Source of the DNA: Bdellovibrionota bacterium FG-1
GTDB taxonomy: Bacteria > Bdellovibrionota > UBA1018
DNA: 64,000 nucleotides
Assembly: GCA_051382295.1 (NCBI GenBank)
Contig: JBBCAW010000003.1
Span: 1-64,000 of the forward strand
Reading direction: 5' to 3'
The notes under the pieces were generated by a model that was not told the origin of the DNA, searched no databases, and was given only the letters and a program-made list of their open reading frames with translations. Shown in pieces: positions 42,628 to 52,042 of the stretch. Numbering within the stretch: the first letter of the stretch is position 1; every line of letters starts with the position of its first letter. A program made the translations under genes and the position numbers.

Positions 42628-43804
42628 TTCGTCGGTTTTATTGAATTCGCTTCGACCCAGGTTGAATCAGTTGGTCGTTTGCTTATCCCATTCCTGGGGA
42701 GGGTTGGAGCAGGTCGCGGCCAATGATGCGGTGGATGTCGGGGCTTTGGGGATCAAGGTCCATGTGATGGTCCTCGAGGGGAGCCCCATTCACGAAAATC
42801 TTGCACATCGAAAAGAAGTATCGTTAGTGCCGCTGAATTTTAGGCCGCGGAATTATTTTGATTTGCGGATGAGGACCGAGTTGGAACGGTGGTTTTCTCA
42901 AGGTGTTAATTTGATCCATAGTCATCAGACTTCTGTTTTGGGTTCGATTGTACCCTGGCTCTGGGGGCATCCTGAGGTGGCGATGCTTTGCACTCGACAC
43001 ATCATGAGCAATCACAATAAAAAGAATTTTTTCCATCGTGCTATTTATCGTCGGTTGGACGCACTCATGGTGATTAGTCGAAGCGTTAAGCTCAATGTCA
43101 TGGATACTCATCCGATTCGGGAGCGGTTTGTTAAGGTGGTTAATTTGGGGCTCGATTTTGATCGTTTTGATCCTGAAAAGGTCGATTCGGTCGGGGAGCG
43201 GGCCAAGTGGCACGCGGACGATGAAACGGTGGTGATTGGTTTAGTGGGGCGGATTGATCCTGCCAAGGGGCAGGCGACTTTCATCAAAGCTGCCGCGGGA
43301 TTGCTCAAAAGTTTACGGGCCGGTGAAAAGCTCAAATTTGTGATTGTCGGCGAAGAAACTCTCGGCTCCTCGGGTACCTATCTCGAAGAGTTGAAGCGGA
43401 TGCTCAAACAGTTTCGGATGGAAGAACATTTTGTGTTCGTGGGCTATCAAGAAAATATCCCTGAAATCATGAGAGCTTTTGATATTTTTGTGATGCCGTC
43501 GAGACAGGAGGCCTTTGGTCTTGTTGCGATCGAGGCTATGTCAATGGAGTGCCCGATCATTATTTCATCGGGAGGGAGTGCCGAAGAAATCGTGGGCGAG
43601 CGAGCGGATTTCGGACTGACGATACGTCCCGACGATGCCTTTGATTTGCAACGCCAGATTCGCTTTATGTTGGATAATCCGATGAAGCGCATTCAAATGG
43701 GGCAAAAAGCTCGTGAACACGTCAGGCGCAACTATGATCGGCGAGCGCGGCTCCAGCGAACACTCGAGATCTACGAGGCTGCCTTGCGTCGGCGTGGCAA
43801 CTGA
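42608..43804 (+). CDS. GT4 glycosyltransferase
   Basis: GGLEQ, GRIDPAKGQ, PSRQEAFGLVAIEAM; start placed at GTG 42608. Confidence 0.88.
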   Translation: MAFDLGDSSVLLNSLRPRLNQLVVCLSHSWGGLEQVAANDAVDVGALGIKVHVMVLEGSPIHENLAHRKEVSLVPLNFRPRNYFDLRMRTELERWFSQGVNLIHSHQTSVLGSIVPWLWGHPEVAMLCTRHIMSNHNKKNFFHRAIYRRLDALMVISRSVKLNVMDTHPIRERFVKVVNLGLDFDRFDPEKVDSVGERAKWHADDETVVIGLVGRIDPAKGQATFIKAAAGLLKSLRAGEKLKFVIVGEETLGSSGTYLEELKRMLKQFRMEEHFVFVGYQENIPEIMRAFDIFVMPSRQEAFGLVAIEAMSMECPIIISSGGSAEEIVGERADFGLTIRPDDAFDLQRQIRFMLDNPMKRIQMGQKAREHVRRNYDRRARLQRTLEIYEAALRRRGN

Positions 43805-44331
43805 GGCTTGAGCGCCCGATCAATCCGATTTTTCAAAAAATCGAGTGATCCACGAACTTGTCTGACGGTTTTTTGCATTTCGCCCTGAAGCTCCCTGGCT
43901 CGAAATACTGGATTTCGCAATCTCCAGGCGATTTGATCCGCACGGTTTCGGATCTGCGAATCCAGTTGCGTGGCAAAGCGGCCGAGTCGGGTCGAAGTGG
44001 GTTGTCCATAGGTCTGATCGAGGTATTCGACAATGGCTGCACTTTTATAGAGTTTAATGCCGTGGGTATGGTCGATCAAAAAGGGTACTTGATCCTTGCC
44101 TCCCGCACGGAGCAGTTGTTCGTGTTTGAGGGGAGCATCGTCCGAAACATTGTGGGCAACAAAGTCTAGTCCCAGTTGGGTGAGTCGATTGCGGACGGCA
44201 TGGCTGAATGGGCAGTCTTCTTTTTGATAGAGTTCCAGGGTGGGGGGTTGCCCCCGGGGAGCAGGGCTTTGTGGGGCTCCTGAGGCACTCCTTTGGGCAC
44301 GTCCGGGGCTAGAACTGGGTCTCTTATTCAT
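43771..44331 (-). CDS. Glutaredoxin / GST N-terminal domain protein (monothiol CPFS) with helical tail
   Basis: LELYQKEDCPFS..GGKDQVPFLID..SAAIVEYL. Confidence 0.8.
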   Translation of the reverse strand: MNKRPSSSPGRAQRSASGAPQSPAPRGQPPTLELYQKEDCPFSHAVRNRLTQLGLDFVAHNVSDDAPLKHEQLLRAGGKDQVPFLIDHTHGIKLYKSAAIVEYLDQTYGQPTSTRLGRFATQLDSQIRNRADQIAWRLRNPVFRARELQGEMQKTVRQVRGSLDFLKNRIDRALKPQLPRRRKAAS

Positions 44332-44475
44332 TTCCTGAGTTCTTTTAATGTAATTGGGACTGTTAGTGAAGGTTTTCATAAGTCATAACCCGTTGAAGTT
44401 AAATGGTTAAAGTGAAAAATCTGCCCCTGTTTTATGACTCCAAGCAAAATTCACGTGGAGCTTCTGCCGAATGAA

Positions 44476-44491
44476 AGCAAGGGGTGTGCCG
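44476..44491 (-). promoter_or_regulatory. Sigma-54 (-24/-12) promoter upstream of the glutaredoxin-like gene
   Basis: Minus strand CGGCACACCCCTTGCT, GG-N10-GC. Confidence 0.65.
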
Positions 44492-44677
44492 TAGTGGTCC
44501 TAGTGGATGATGGGTGCCGAGCGGCAAAAAAGTGATAAACCTCGTAACGAGGCTTTGACAAAGGGATTTGGGGTATTTATACGTGTACATCTCTTTCTGT
44601 TAAAAACGGTCAGAAACTCAAAATGCCGCATTGCAGCAAAAGTTTCGACCGAGCAGGAAAGTCTGAAAGGTAATTGA

Positions 44678-46489
44678 GTGCAAATGGTAGTCAAGCAAAC
44701 GGGGGAAGAAACCCTCAAAAAGGCTCCTAAGAATCAAAGCTGGATGGATGAATTCGCGTCCGATTTCGGTCCCGAAGAATCCTCCGTGCATGGAGACGAT
44801 CAAGAAGAAAGTTTTGCTGAATTGTTTGAAGCCTCGCAGGCTCAGCAAGAAATTAAAGAAGGCGAAGTGGTTGACGGCACTGTCGTCGCCATCGGGCCAG
44901 AGTACGCTACGATTGATATCGGTTATAAATGTGAAGGTCTCGTACCTCTGCAAGAATTTCGCGACGCTCAAGGCGTGGCTCACGTAGCAGTGGGCGACGT
45001 GGTGAGCGTGTATCTCGAGCGTATGGAGCTCGAAAATGGTTTCATGCTCCTCTCCAAGGACAAGGCAGAAATCATTCGGGCCTGGGACGAAATCTCCCAA
45101 GCCTGCGAAAAAGATCAACTGGTCGAAGGAACTGTCATCGCCAAGGTGAAGGGCGGTTTGTCGGTCGATATCGGTGTTAAGGCTTTCTTGCCTGGCAGCC
45201 AAATCGACACGAAGCCGGTTAAAAACCTGGATAAGTTCTTGGGTAAGAAGCTCAAGTTCAAGATCATCAAGTTCAATAAGAAGCGCGGCAATATCGTGCT
45301 TTCTCGTCGTGCGGTGGTGGCTCAGGAGCGCGAACTTCAACGTGCTGAAACCTTATCCAACCTGCAAGAAGGCATGATTGTCACCGGAACTGTGAAGAAC
45401 ATCACTGAGTACGGCGCTTTCATCGACTTGGGCGGTATGGATGGACTTCTGCATATCACGGACATGAGCTGGGGTCGCATCAAGCACCCAAGTGAATTGT
45501 TTGCGGTGGGCGACGAAGTTAAAGTTAAGGTTCTTAAGTACGATCGTGAAAAGGAACGCGTTTCACTGGGTCTCAAGCAGGCCCAAGCTAATCCTTGGGA
45601 TGATGTCGAGTACAAGTTCCCTGTGGGCGTTAAGGTGAAGGGCAAAGTGGTCAGTCTTAAAGACTACGGCGCTTTTGTGGAACTGGAAGATGGCATTGAA
45701 GGCCTCATCCATGTTTCAGAAATGTCCTGGACTGAACGCGTGAAGCATCCTTCCAAGATCATCAACGTCGGTGATGAAGTGGAATGCAAGGTTCTCGAAG
45801 TTGATCCGAAACAAAAGCGGATCTCTTTGGGACTCAAGCAACTCCAGCAGAATCCTTGGGATGAACTTGAAGTGAAGTTCCCAATCGGTTCCGTGATTGA
45901 AGAAGCTGAAGTCAAGTCGGTGACTGATTTCGGCGTTTTCGTCGACATCGGTATGGGCATTGACGGCTTGATTCATATTAGCGACATCGCTTGGACGAAG
46001 AAATTTGCGCATCCTTCTGAAAAATACAAGAAGGGCGACAAAGTTCGTTGCGTCGTTCTCGGTATCGACAAGCAGAGCGAGAAGTTCTCGCTCGGCGTGA
46101 AGCAGCTTGAGCGCGATCCTTGGGAAAGTATCAAGGCTCGTTATAAGCCTGGTACCGCGATCGAAGGACCTGTGACTAAGCTCACGGACTTCGGTGCATT
46201 TGTCGAAATTGAAGAAGGCGTCGAAGGCTTGGTCTACGTTTCCGAAATCGCAGACCATCGCATTGAGAAGCCAGCCGATGTGCTCAAGGTGGGAGATCAG
46301 GTTCGCGCCGAAATTCTCTCGATTGAGCCTAAGGAACGTCGTATCGGGTTGTCGATCAAGCAATTGGGTCGGACTGAAGAGCGCCAAAACTACGAATCTT
46401 TCGTAGGCGAGCGCGGCAAGAAGACCTCGATGGGCGACATCCTGGGTGAGAAGCTCAAAGCTGCCCTGAGCAAGGGCGAAAAAGAGTAA
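44678..46489 (+). CDS. rpsA: 30S ribosomal protein S1
   Basis: Six S1 repeats (YGAFIDLGGMDGLLHITD etc.); exact start uncertain. Confidence 0.98.
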   Translation: MQMVVKQTGEETLKKAPKNQSWMDEFASDFGPEESSVHGDDQEESFAELFEASQAQQEIKEGEVVDGTVVAIGPEYATIDIGYKCEGLVPLQEFRDAQGVAHVAVGDVVSVYLERMELENGFMLLSKDKAEIIRAWDEISQACEKDQLVEGTVIAKVKGGLSVDIGVKAFLPGSQIDTKPVKNLDKFLGKKLKFKIIKFNKKRGNIVLSRRAVVAQERELQRAETLSNLQEGMIVTGTVKNITEYGAFIDLGGMDGLLHITDMSWGRIKHPSELFAVGDEVKVKVLKYDREKERVSLGLKQAQANPWDDVEYKFPVGVKVKGKVVSLKDYGAFVELEDGIEGLIHVSEMSWTERVKHPSKIINVGDEVECKVLEVDPKQKRISLGLKQLQQNPWDELEVKFPIGSVIEEAEVKSVTDFGVFVDIGMGIDGLIHISDIAWTKKFAHPSEKYKKGDKVRCVVLGIDKQSEKFSLGVKQLERDPWESIKARYKPGTAIEGPVTKLTDFGAFVEIEEGVEGLVYVSEIADHRIEKPADVLKVGDQVRAEILSIEPKERRIGLSIKQLGRTEERQNYESFVGERGKKTSMGDILGEKLKAALSKGEKE

Positions 46490-46514
46490 CTCGGTCTTGA
46501 GTATTTGAATTGAT

Positions 46515-46551
46515 AACGCCGCACTCGGGGTTCCTGAGTGCGGCGTTTTTT
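46515..46551 (+). terminator. Rho-independent terminator after rpsA
   Basis: AACGCCGCACTCGGG..CCTGAGTGCGGCGTTTTTT. Confidence 0.9.
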
Positions 46552-46578
46552 ATGCGGTCAGGGGTTTTGCGTTAAATT

Positions 46579-46613
46579 GCCATATTGACTTATGGCGTTA
46601 ATTATGGCATTCT
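46579..46613 (+). promoter_or_regulatory. vapBC promoter and operator
   Basis: TTGACT-17bp-CATTCT, overlapped by GCCATA-N6-TATGGC and a further TATGGC. Confidence 0.65.
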
Positions 46614-46619
46614 GTAGAT

Positions 46620-46823
46620 ATGTCGCAGGCAAAAAAAATTACCGTTCATGTACCCGAAGAATTGCTCAAGAAAGCGCAGGCCTCAACTCGCCAAGGGATT
46701 ACTGAGACTATTCGGCGAGGCTTGCAACTCGTTGCCGCGAGCGAATCCTATGAGGCGTTGCGGAGCCTGCGTGGGCAGGTGAAATTTTCGATCGATCTGA
46801 ATCGAATCCGAGAGGATCGTTGA
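46620..46823 (+). CDS. VapB-like (RHH-type) antitoxin
   Basis: KKITVHVPEELLKKAQ..ITETIRRGL..IREDR; upstream of and overlapping the PIN gene. Confidence 0.8.
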   Translation: MSQAKKITVHVPEELLKKAQASTRQGITETIRRGLQLVAASESYEALRSLRGQVKFSIDLNRIREDR

Positions 46824-47200
46824 TGATCGCCGTGGATACTAGTTCTTTTATCGCCTATTTGGAGGGCGCCGCTGGAAAAGACCTCGAAATTTTGGATGAG
46901 GCGCTCGCAGCCAAGCAGGTGGTTCTTCCGCCCATGGTCTTAACAGAATTATTGAGTGATAGTAGTTTACCGAAAAAGGTCGTTGAATTGTTCAAGACGC
47001 TGCCCCTTCTTGAAATTTCCGAAGGATATTGGGAGCGGTGTGGGATCAGTCGAGCCGCTGTTTTGGCCAAAGGTCATAAAGCCCGAGTCGCGGATGCATT
47101 GATTGCTCAGTCTTGCCTGGATCATGAGGTCGGGCTGCTCACTCGTGACGGCGATTTTCGGGCCTTTGCAACTAGGTGTGGTCTGATTTTGGTTAGGTAG
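46823..47200 (+). CDS. VapC/PIN-domain toxin
   Basis: VDTSSFI, VLTELL, ADALIAQSC, LLTRDGDF. Confidence 0.9.
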   Translation: MIAVDTSSFIAYLEGAAGKDLEILDEALAAKQVVLPPMVLTELLSDSSLPKKVVELFKTLPLLEISEGYWERCGISRAAVLAKGHKARVADALIAQSCLDHEVGLLTRDGDFRAFATRCGLILVR

Positions 47201-47277
47201 TTTGCGGACGGTCCCTGTGTGCTGCTTTGCGTTGTTTTTTGATAGACACCCAGTCTCCTTTGGCATATTCCTCCGCC

Positions 47278-48168
47278 ATGCTCCGCTTTTTGCTTCTTCT
47301 CGTCTGCGCAATAAGTGCATCCCTCGCCTCGGCCTCTCTTTCTGACGCTGCGCCTTGGGTGATCGGCCATCGAGGCTTGGGGCAAGGGCATGCGCCCGAA
47401 CCCGAAAACAGCGTTTTGGCTCTGAGCGCAGCTTTGCAAATGGGGGCCACGGCGGTCGAGTTTGACGTCCAGCTCACTTCCGATGGTCAAGTGATCTTGG
47501 CTCATGATTCGCGGCTGGAGCGGATCACCGATGGTCAGGGTTGTGTGGCAGAGACTCCCTTTGCTGACATGAAGCAGCTGAGCCTCAAAGATGGCAAGGG
47601 CCGGGTTCATCCTGAGGTGGGCGTAGGGACGTTCACTGAGGCCCTCGAAGTCCTCAAAGCGCAAGACGTGTCGGGCCCCGTGGTTCGATCACGCCCCTTT
47701 ATCGCGGACATTCATATCAAGGTTTATGACTTTTTCCGGGGCGATTATGGGGGTTGGGATAACCATGGCTGCAGGCGTACCGCTTGGGCCGAGTTAACAG
47801 ACAGGGTGTTGGCTCAAACGGCTCAGGCCGGTTTGATGGATCGCGTGATTTTTACTTCCTTTGATCGACGGGTTTTGAATCGAATTCGGGCGGCCTATCC
47901 ACGAGCGAAAGTGGGGCTTTTGACCATGCTCGACTCAAAAGGCGCGATTGAGTTCGCTCACAAGCGCCGTTATAACTTTGTGGCGCTCAATGATTTTCGC
48001 TTTACGCCGGTGCAGGTGAGTCGTGCCCATGAGTCGGGGATTCAGGTGCTGAGCTGGTCCCCTAGTACATTGTCTCAACTCGATTGGGAGCGTGATGCCG
48101 GGGTAGACGGCTGGATCACGGATAATGTACCCGCCGCAATTGACAGGAATCGCTCGACTCAGCCATGA
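47278..48168 (+). CDS. Exported glycerophosphodiester phosphodiesterase family protein
   Basis: IGHRG, PENS, VEFDVQLTSDG..HD, GVDGWITD. Confidence 0.88.
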   Translation: MLRFLLLLVCAISASLASASLSDAAPWVIGHRGLGQGHAPEPENSVLALSAALQMGATAVEFDVQLTSDGQVILAHDSRLERITDGQGCVAETPFADMKQLSLKDGKGRVHPEVGVGTFTEALEVLKAQDVSGPVVRSRPFIADIHIKVYDFFRGDYGGWDNHGCRRTAWAELTDRVLAQTAQAGLMDRVIFTSFDRRVLNRIRAAYPRAKVGLLTMLDSKGAIEFAHKRRYNFVALNDFRFTPVQVSRAHESGIQVLSWSPSTLSQLDWERDAGVDGWITDNVPAAIDRNRSTQP

Positions 48169-48177
48169 TGGGGCCCT

Positions 48178-49200
48178 ATGACGGCTCCAGAAAATCGTAA
48201 GTTGCCAAAAAGGTTGAATCCCCTGACATGGGTTCTTGCTCTGTCCTCGGTGTTTTTTATGGTCTTTTTGATTATTTCCGGGGGTATTTACCTTTACCAT
48301 TCGCCGGGGCAGGCCAAAGAAAAACGAAGTTTCCTTTCGGGCGGCGGCGGTCAGGTCGGGATCATCGAGTTGAATGGCGTCATTATGGACTCCAAAAAAA
48401 TTCTCAAAAATCTCGAACATTTCGCGGATGACGACGAGATCAAAGCCGTGGTGCTCCGGTTGAACTCTCCTGGCGGGGCCGTGGCGCCTTCGCAAGAAAT
48501 TTATGAAGCGGTCAAAGCCTATAAAAAGCCGCTCGTGGTTTCTATGTCTTCGGTCGCCGCAAGCGGCGCTTACTACATCGCGATGGGCGCCAAGCGTGTT
48601 TATGCTAATCCCGGCACGATCACGGGCTCGATTGGCGTGATTATGGAGTTCGTCAATCTGCAAAAGCTTTATGAATGGGCCAAGGTTCAGCGCTACTCGA
48701 TCAAAACCGGAAAATTTAAAGATGCGGGCGCTGAATACCGCGAAATGACGACCGAGGAGCGCGAACTCTTGCAAACCATGGTCAACGACGTGCTTTTGCA
48801 ATTCAAAAAAGCCGTCGCGACCGGTCGAAAACTTTCGATGGAAAAGGTCGATGCTATTGCGGATGGTCGCATTTTTTCAGGCGCGCAGGCCAAGGCTCTT
48901 AATCTGGTCGATGAATTGGGCACTTTAGACATGGCGATCGCTGATGCTGCTCGGCAGGCAAAAATTACGGGCAAGCCTCATTCGGTGTATCCCGAGCGCC
49001 GGCGTTCGAGTCGTTTGCTCGAGTTGCTCATGGATGAAGGCGCTCATGATGAATCTGCGGCGGAGTCATCCGTGTCTCCGGTTCGTGGAGTAGTGGCGCA
49101 GCTTGCACGTGCGTTTCTCGGCGAACGTGCCGAACAAGTGACTCGCGAAGCTCTTCCGGAGCCGGGTGTTTATTGGCTTTGGAAAGGGGCCCGCTGGTAA
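48178..49200 (+). CDS. sppA: Signal peptide peptidase SppA (36K type)
   Basis: NSPGG, AASGAYYIA, TGSIGV, DGRIFSG. Confidence 0.93.
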   Translation: MTAPENRKLPKRLNPLTWVLALSSVFFMVFLIISGGIYLYHSPGQAKEKRSFLSGGGGQVGIIELNGVIMDSKKILKNLEHFADDDEIKAVVLRLNSPGGAVAPSQEIYEAVKAYKKPLVVSMSSVAASGAYYIAMGAKRVYANPGTITGSIGVIMEFVNLQKLYEWAKVQRYSIKTGKFKDAGAEYREMTTEERELLQTMVNDVLLQFKKAVATGRKLSMEKVDAIADGRIFSGAQAKALNLVDELGTLDMAIADAARQAKITGKPHSVYPERRRSSRLLELLMDEGAHDESAAESSVSPVRGVVAQLARAFLGERAEQVTREALPEPGVYWLWKGARW

Positions 49201-50456
49201 TGGGCTATCCAAGAGATCTAGCCGTGCGAGTGCTCACACGGGTTTTGAGCGACCACGAACCATTAGATGAGGCGCTGATTGCGTTAGCGAATGCGGTGCC
49301 TCCATCGGACCGGGCGTGGTTGCAAGAAGTTTGTTCGGGCACGTTGCGATGGCGCGGACGATTGGATCGAGCCGTCGATTCAACCGCCATCAAGAAAAAG
49401 CCTTCAGGCTGGCTGCGGAAGGTTTTGCTCATCGCGGCCTATCAATTGGTCGTGCAGGAGCGGACCTCTCCCGCCGCAGTGGTTAACGAAACGGTCAATG
49501 AAGTGAAACGCAAGGAAGGAGAAGCGCCTGCGAAGTTTGCCAATGCAGCTCTTCGTAAAATCGCCGAGCATGGAGTAGCGTGGCGTGAGCTCAAGTTGAA
49601 AGAAGGGGCCTCAACCCTTGATGGATCGGGTTGGGCAAGTTTGCCCGAATGGCTGTGGAAGCGCCTTTGCGCCACTCGGGGCGAAGAGTGGGCGCGGGCT
49701 TATGCTTTGGCGTCGCTGGATCGTCCAAAGTTGTGGGTTCGCGCAAAAAGTGCCGATTTTAAGGCGGATTGGGCAGTCGTCGGGCCAGTGGTCGGATCTT
49801 TTGAGGTGACTGAAGGCGGAGGGATTACCAGTAAAAGCGGCTTCGCCGAAGGTCATTTTTTTGTGCAGGATATTTCGAGTCAAAAATTGATAGCGGAAAT
49901 CACCGCTCGAATTCAGCAGCAGTGGCCGGAAGGTTTTGCTGAAGGCGCTGTTCGGCGCGCGCTCGATCTTTGCGCGGCTCCCGGTGGAAAAGCCGTCGGT
50001 TTGAGTTGGTCGGGATGGAGTGTGAGTGCGTCTGACCGGGATGCCGCGCGATACGCGCTTTTGCGAAACACGATTGAGCGGGTGGCTCCGGAGATTCAGG
50101 TGATCGAGCGCAATCAAGTGGGTGAGTTGCCTTTGCTGGATTTGGTTTGGGTCGATGCTCCGTGCTCGGGAACTGGGATTTTGCGCCGGCATCCAGATGT
50201 GCGCTGGTTGCGGCAGGAGCGCGAATTGGAAGGCCTCATGCGCGTGCAGCAGGAGCTCTTGGCAGAAGCATGGGACCGAGTGCGACCCGGCGGATTTTTG
50301 GTTTACTCGGTCTGCTCAGTGCTCAAAGAAGAAGGTGAGCAAGCTTTGAAGAAATTTATGGAAGGGCGTCAGGCGCAGAAGCTGGAACAGTGGTTTTTAG
50401 CACCTCAAGAGGCGCCTTATGGGGATGGGTTTTGGGCGGGCTTAATTCAAAAATAA
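49200..50456 (+). CDS. rsmB: RsmB/NOP family rRNA methyltransferase with NusB-like N-terminus
   Basis: DLCAAPGGK, VDAPCSGTG..RRHPD, YSVCS. Confidence 0.85.
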   Translation: MGYPRDLAVRVLTRVLSDHEPLDEALIALANAVPPSDRAWLQEVCSGTLRWRGRLDRAVDSTAIKKKPSGWLRKVLLIAAYQLVVQERTSPAAVVNETVNEVKRKEGEAPAKFANAALRKIAEHGVAWRELKLKEGASTLDGSGWASLPEWLWKRLCATRGEEWARAYALASLDRPKLWVRAKSADFKADWAVVGPVVGSFEVTEGGGITSKSGFAEGHFFVQDISSQKLIAEITARIQQQWPEGFAEGAVRRALDLCAAPGGKAVGLSWSGWSVSASDRDAARYALLRNTIERVAPEIQVIERNQVGELPLLDLVWVDAPCSGTGILRRHPDVRWLRQERELEGLMRVQQELLAEAWDRVRPGGFLVYSVCSVLKEEGEQALKKFMEGRQAQKLEQWFLAPQEAPYGDGFWAGLIQK

Positions 50457-50476
50457 TACGGAATCGGAATTATTTA

Positions 50477-50520
50477 AAATCAGTTATAAATCAAAATGTT
50501 GTATGGTTTATAACTGATTT
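50477..50520. repeat. Perfect 14-bp AT-rich inverted repeat
   Basis: AAATCAGTTATAAA-N16-TTTATAACTGATTT. Confidence 0.85.
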
Positions 50521-50588
50521 ATTCACTTTTATGTACGGTTTCGTGACAATGGATCGAAAAAGAGGTATAGTCATTCTTAGGAGGCTCT

Positions 50589-50996
50589 ATGCAGCTTGCT
50601 CGGAAAAGACCTGTGGTACCGATCCACGGTCCAGATGACGGTCTCAAAACCGCGCTCTGTCGGGTGCTTTTTGGCATTGAAGAGACTTGGGGGCTTGATC
50701 AGAATGATTTGGCTGGAATTCTCCATCGTCGTTCAAGCACGATTTCTGACTGGAAGACGAACCAGGCGGTCAGCGTTTCGCCTGTGAACCCATCGCCTAA
50801 CGATACGCAGATTTATGAGTTCATCGAGTTCTTCGATTCGGTGAGTTCTCTTTTTGTGCGGATTGAGGATCAGGTGGGGTGGTTGAAAACGGCTTCGCCT
50901 GATTTCGGCGGAAAGAGTCCGCTTGAGTTGTTGAAGCTCAATAATAAGAACCTATTTGCCCTTCGGGAATGGGTGGATCATCTGGCGCGGCCCTGA
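50589..50996 (+). CDS. Xre/MbcA/ParS-type antitoxin
   Basis: HTH (LDQNDLAGILHRRSSTISDWK) plus WLKTASPDFGGKSPLELL C-terminal motif. Confidence 0.8.
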   Translation: MQLARKRPVVPIHGPDDGLKTALCRVLFGIEETWGLDQNDLAGILHRRSSTISDWKTNQAVSVSPVNPSPNDTQIYEFIEFFDSVSSLFVRIEDQVGWLKTASPDFGGKSPLELLKLNNKNLFALREWVDHLARP

Positions 50997-51001
50997 TTTT
51001 T

Positions 51002-51613
51002 ATGATTTTGTATCGAACCTCAAACCCTAAGCGTCGTCATTCTCTTGCCTTTTTGGTCACGCAGAGACAGCAAACAGCACTTCTTGCCCAGCTTGAGAAG
51101 CAGAGCTGGATTGATGAAGTCTTCAATCGCACCCTCCCTATTCCTGCTCAATACCCAACGCGATTCGGGCCAGCAGGGTTTAATAGAAATGTTTTCTATG
51201 CTTCCGAGCGGCGCGAGACAACTTTTTTTGAGTTTGGGTACGGATTACTTAAGGCTCAATCAGTGATCGGCCGTGGAATTGCGGCGGTCTGTTTTGAGGT
51301 CATGTTTAGGGGGCGGCGAGATCCGGATGATGTGAGTAGTGCGGAAAATTTGGAAGCGATTCTCAACCCTAAAGGCTATCAGGGCGCTCATCAGTGGCTT
51401 CTTGCGTTGTCCGCGATTCCCGAATCGGTTCGGTATCCGTCAGTTCGAGAACCGGGGGGGGATGGGGTGAATCTCGCGATTTATGAGCCTGAGGTGATTG
51501 TGGGGACCAGGGCTCAAATTGAAGATCTGATCCTGACGCCGCAATCGACTGGTTCCGTGGATGTCGAAAGCCTGTCTCGAGGAAGGCTCTCGACGATTGA
51601 TCCGATTCGTTGA
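51002..51613 (+). CDS. RES-domain toxin
   Basis: TRFG..VFYAS..TTFFE..RYPSVR..NLAIY; follows an Xre-like gene. Confidence 0.8.
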   Translation: MILYRTSNPKRRHSLAFLVTQRQQTALLAQLEKQSWIDEVFNRTLPIPAQYPTRFGPAGFNRNVFYASERRETTFFEFGYGLLKAQSVIGRGIAAVCFEVMFRGRRDPDDVSSAENLEAILNPKGYQGAHQWLLALSAIPESVRYPSVREPGGDGVNLAIYEPEVIVGTRAQIEDLILTPQSTGSVDVESLSRGRLSTIDPIR

Positions 51614-51629
51614 GATTCGGGAAGTAAAT

Positions 51630-51768
51630 AAGAAAGAGATCCGGCTGGTCCCCTTGCGGAGACCAGCGGTCATTAGGTAGGTAAAATGAGGTATAATAGC
51701 AGAAAATTGTGATCAATCCCTGTCGCCCCAGAATATACGTACCGCAACACACGCACCAGAGATCGTGA
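51630..51768 (-). ncRNA. Candidate sigma-54-dependent small RNA
   Basis: Upstream -24/-12 motif, 5' stem-loop with G-U pairs, 3' hairpin with GCAA loop and U-rich tail; no convincing ORF. Confidence 0.5.
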
Positions 51769-51778
51769 CACAGTAGTA

Positions 51779-51794
51779 TGCACCGAGCGTGCCA
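51779..51794 (-). promoter_or_regulatory. Sigma-54 (-24/-12) promoter
   Basis: Minus strand TGGCACGCTCGGTGCA, GG-N10-GC. Confidence 0.65.
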
Positions 51795-52042
51795 TTCTGA
51801 TTTCAGAAAATACTTTGAAAGAAAAGCCCCTTAAATAGCCGAAAAAGAGCTGGTTTCTGGATTAAGTCCCTGGGTATTGCCTTCTGGAGCGGAAAGTCGG
51901 ACATGGGTCTGTTTTGCCCCATCTGTCTTTGATTCGGTATCATTATGCCTAGCGTCACAAATGAGTTTAAATAAGCCGTGAGAAAATCGCATATTGCACC
52001 GAGTGTCGTATTGCACTTTGAGAATGGTGCAACTTGATACTA

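Noticed and set aside
44618..46387. Long antisense ORFs (240 and 223 aa)
   Set aside because: Antisense shadows of the highly codon-biased rpsA
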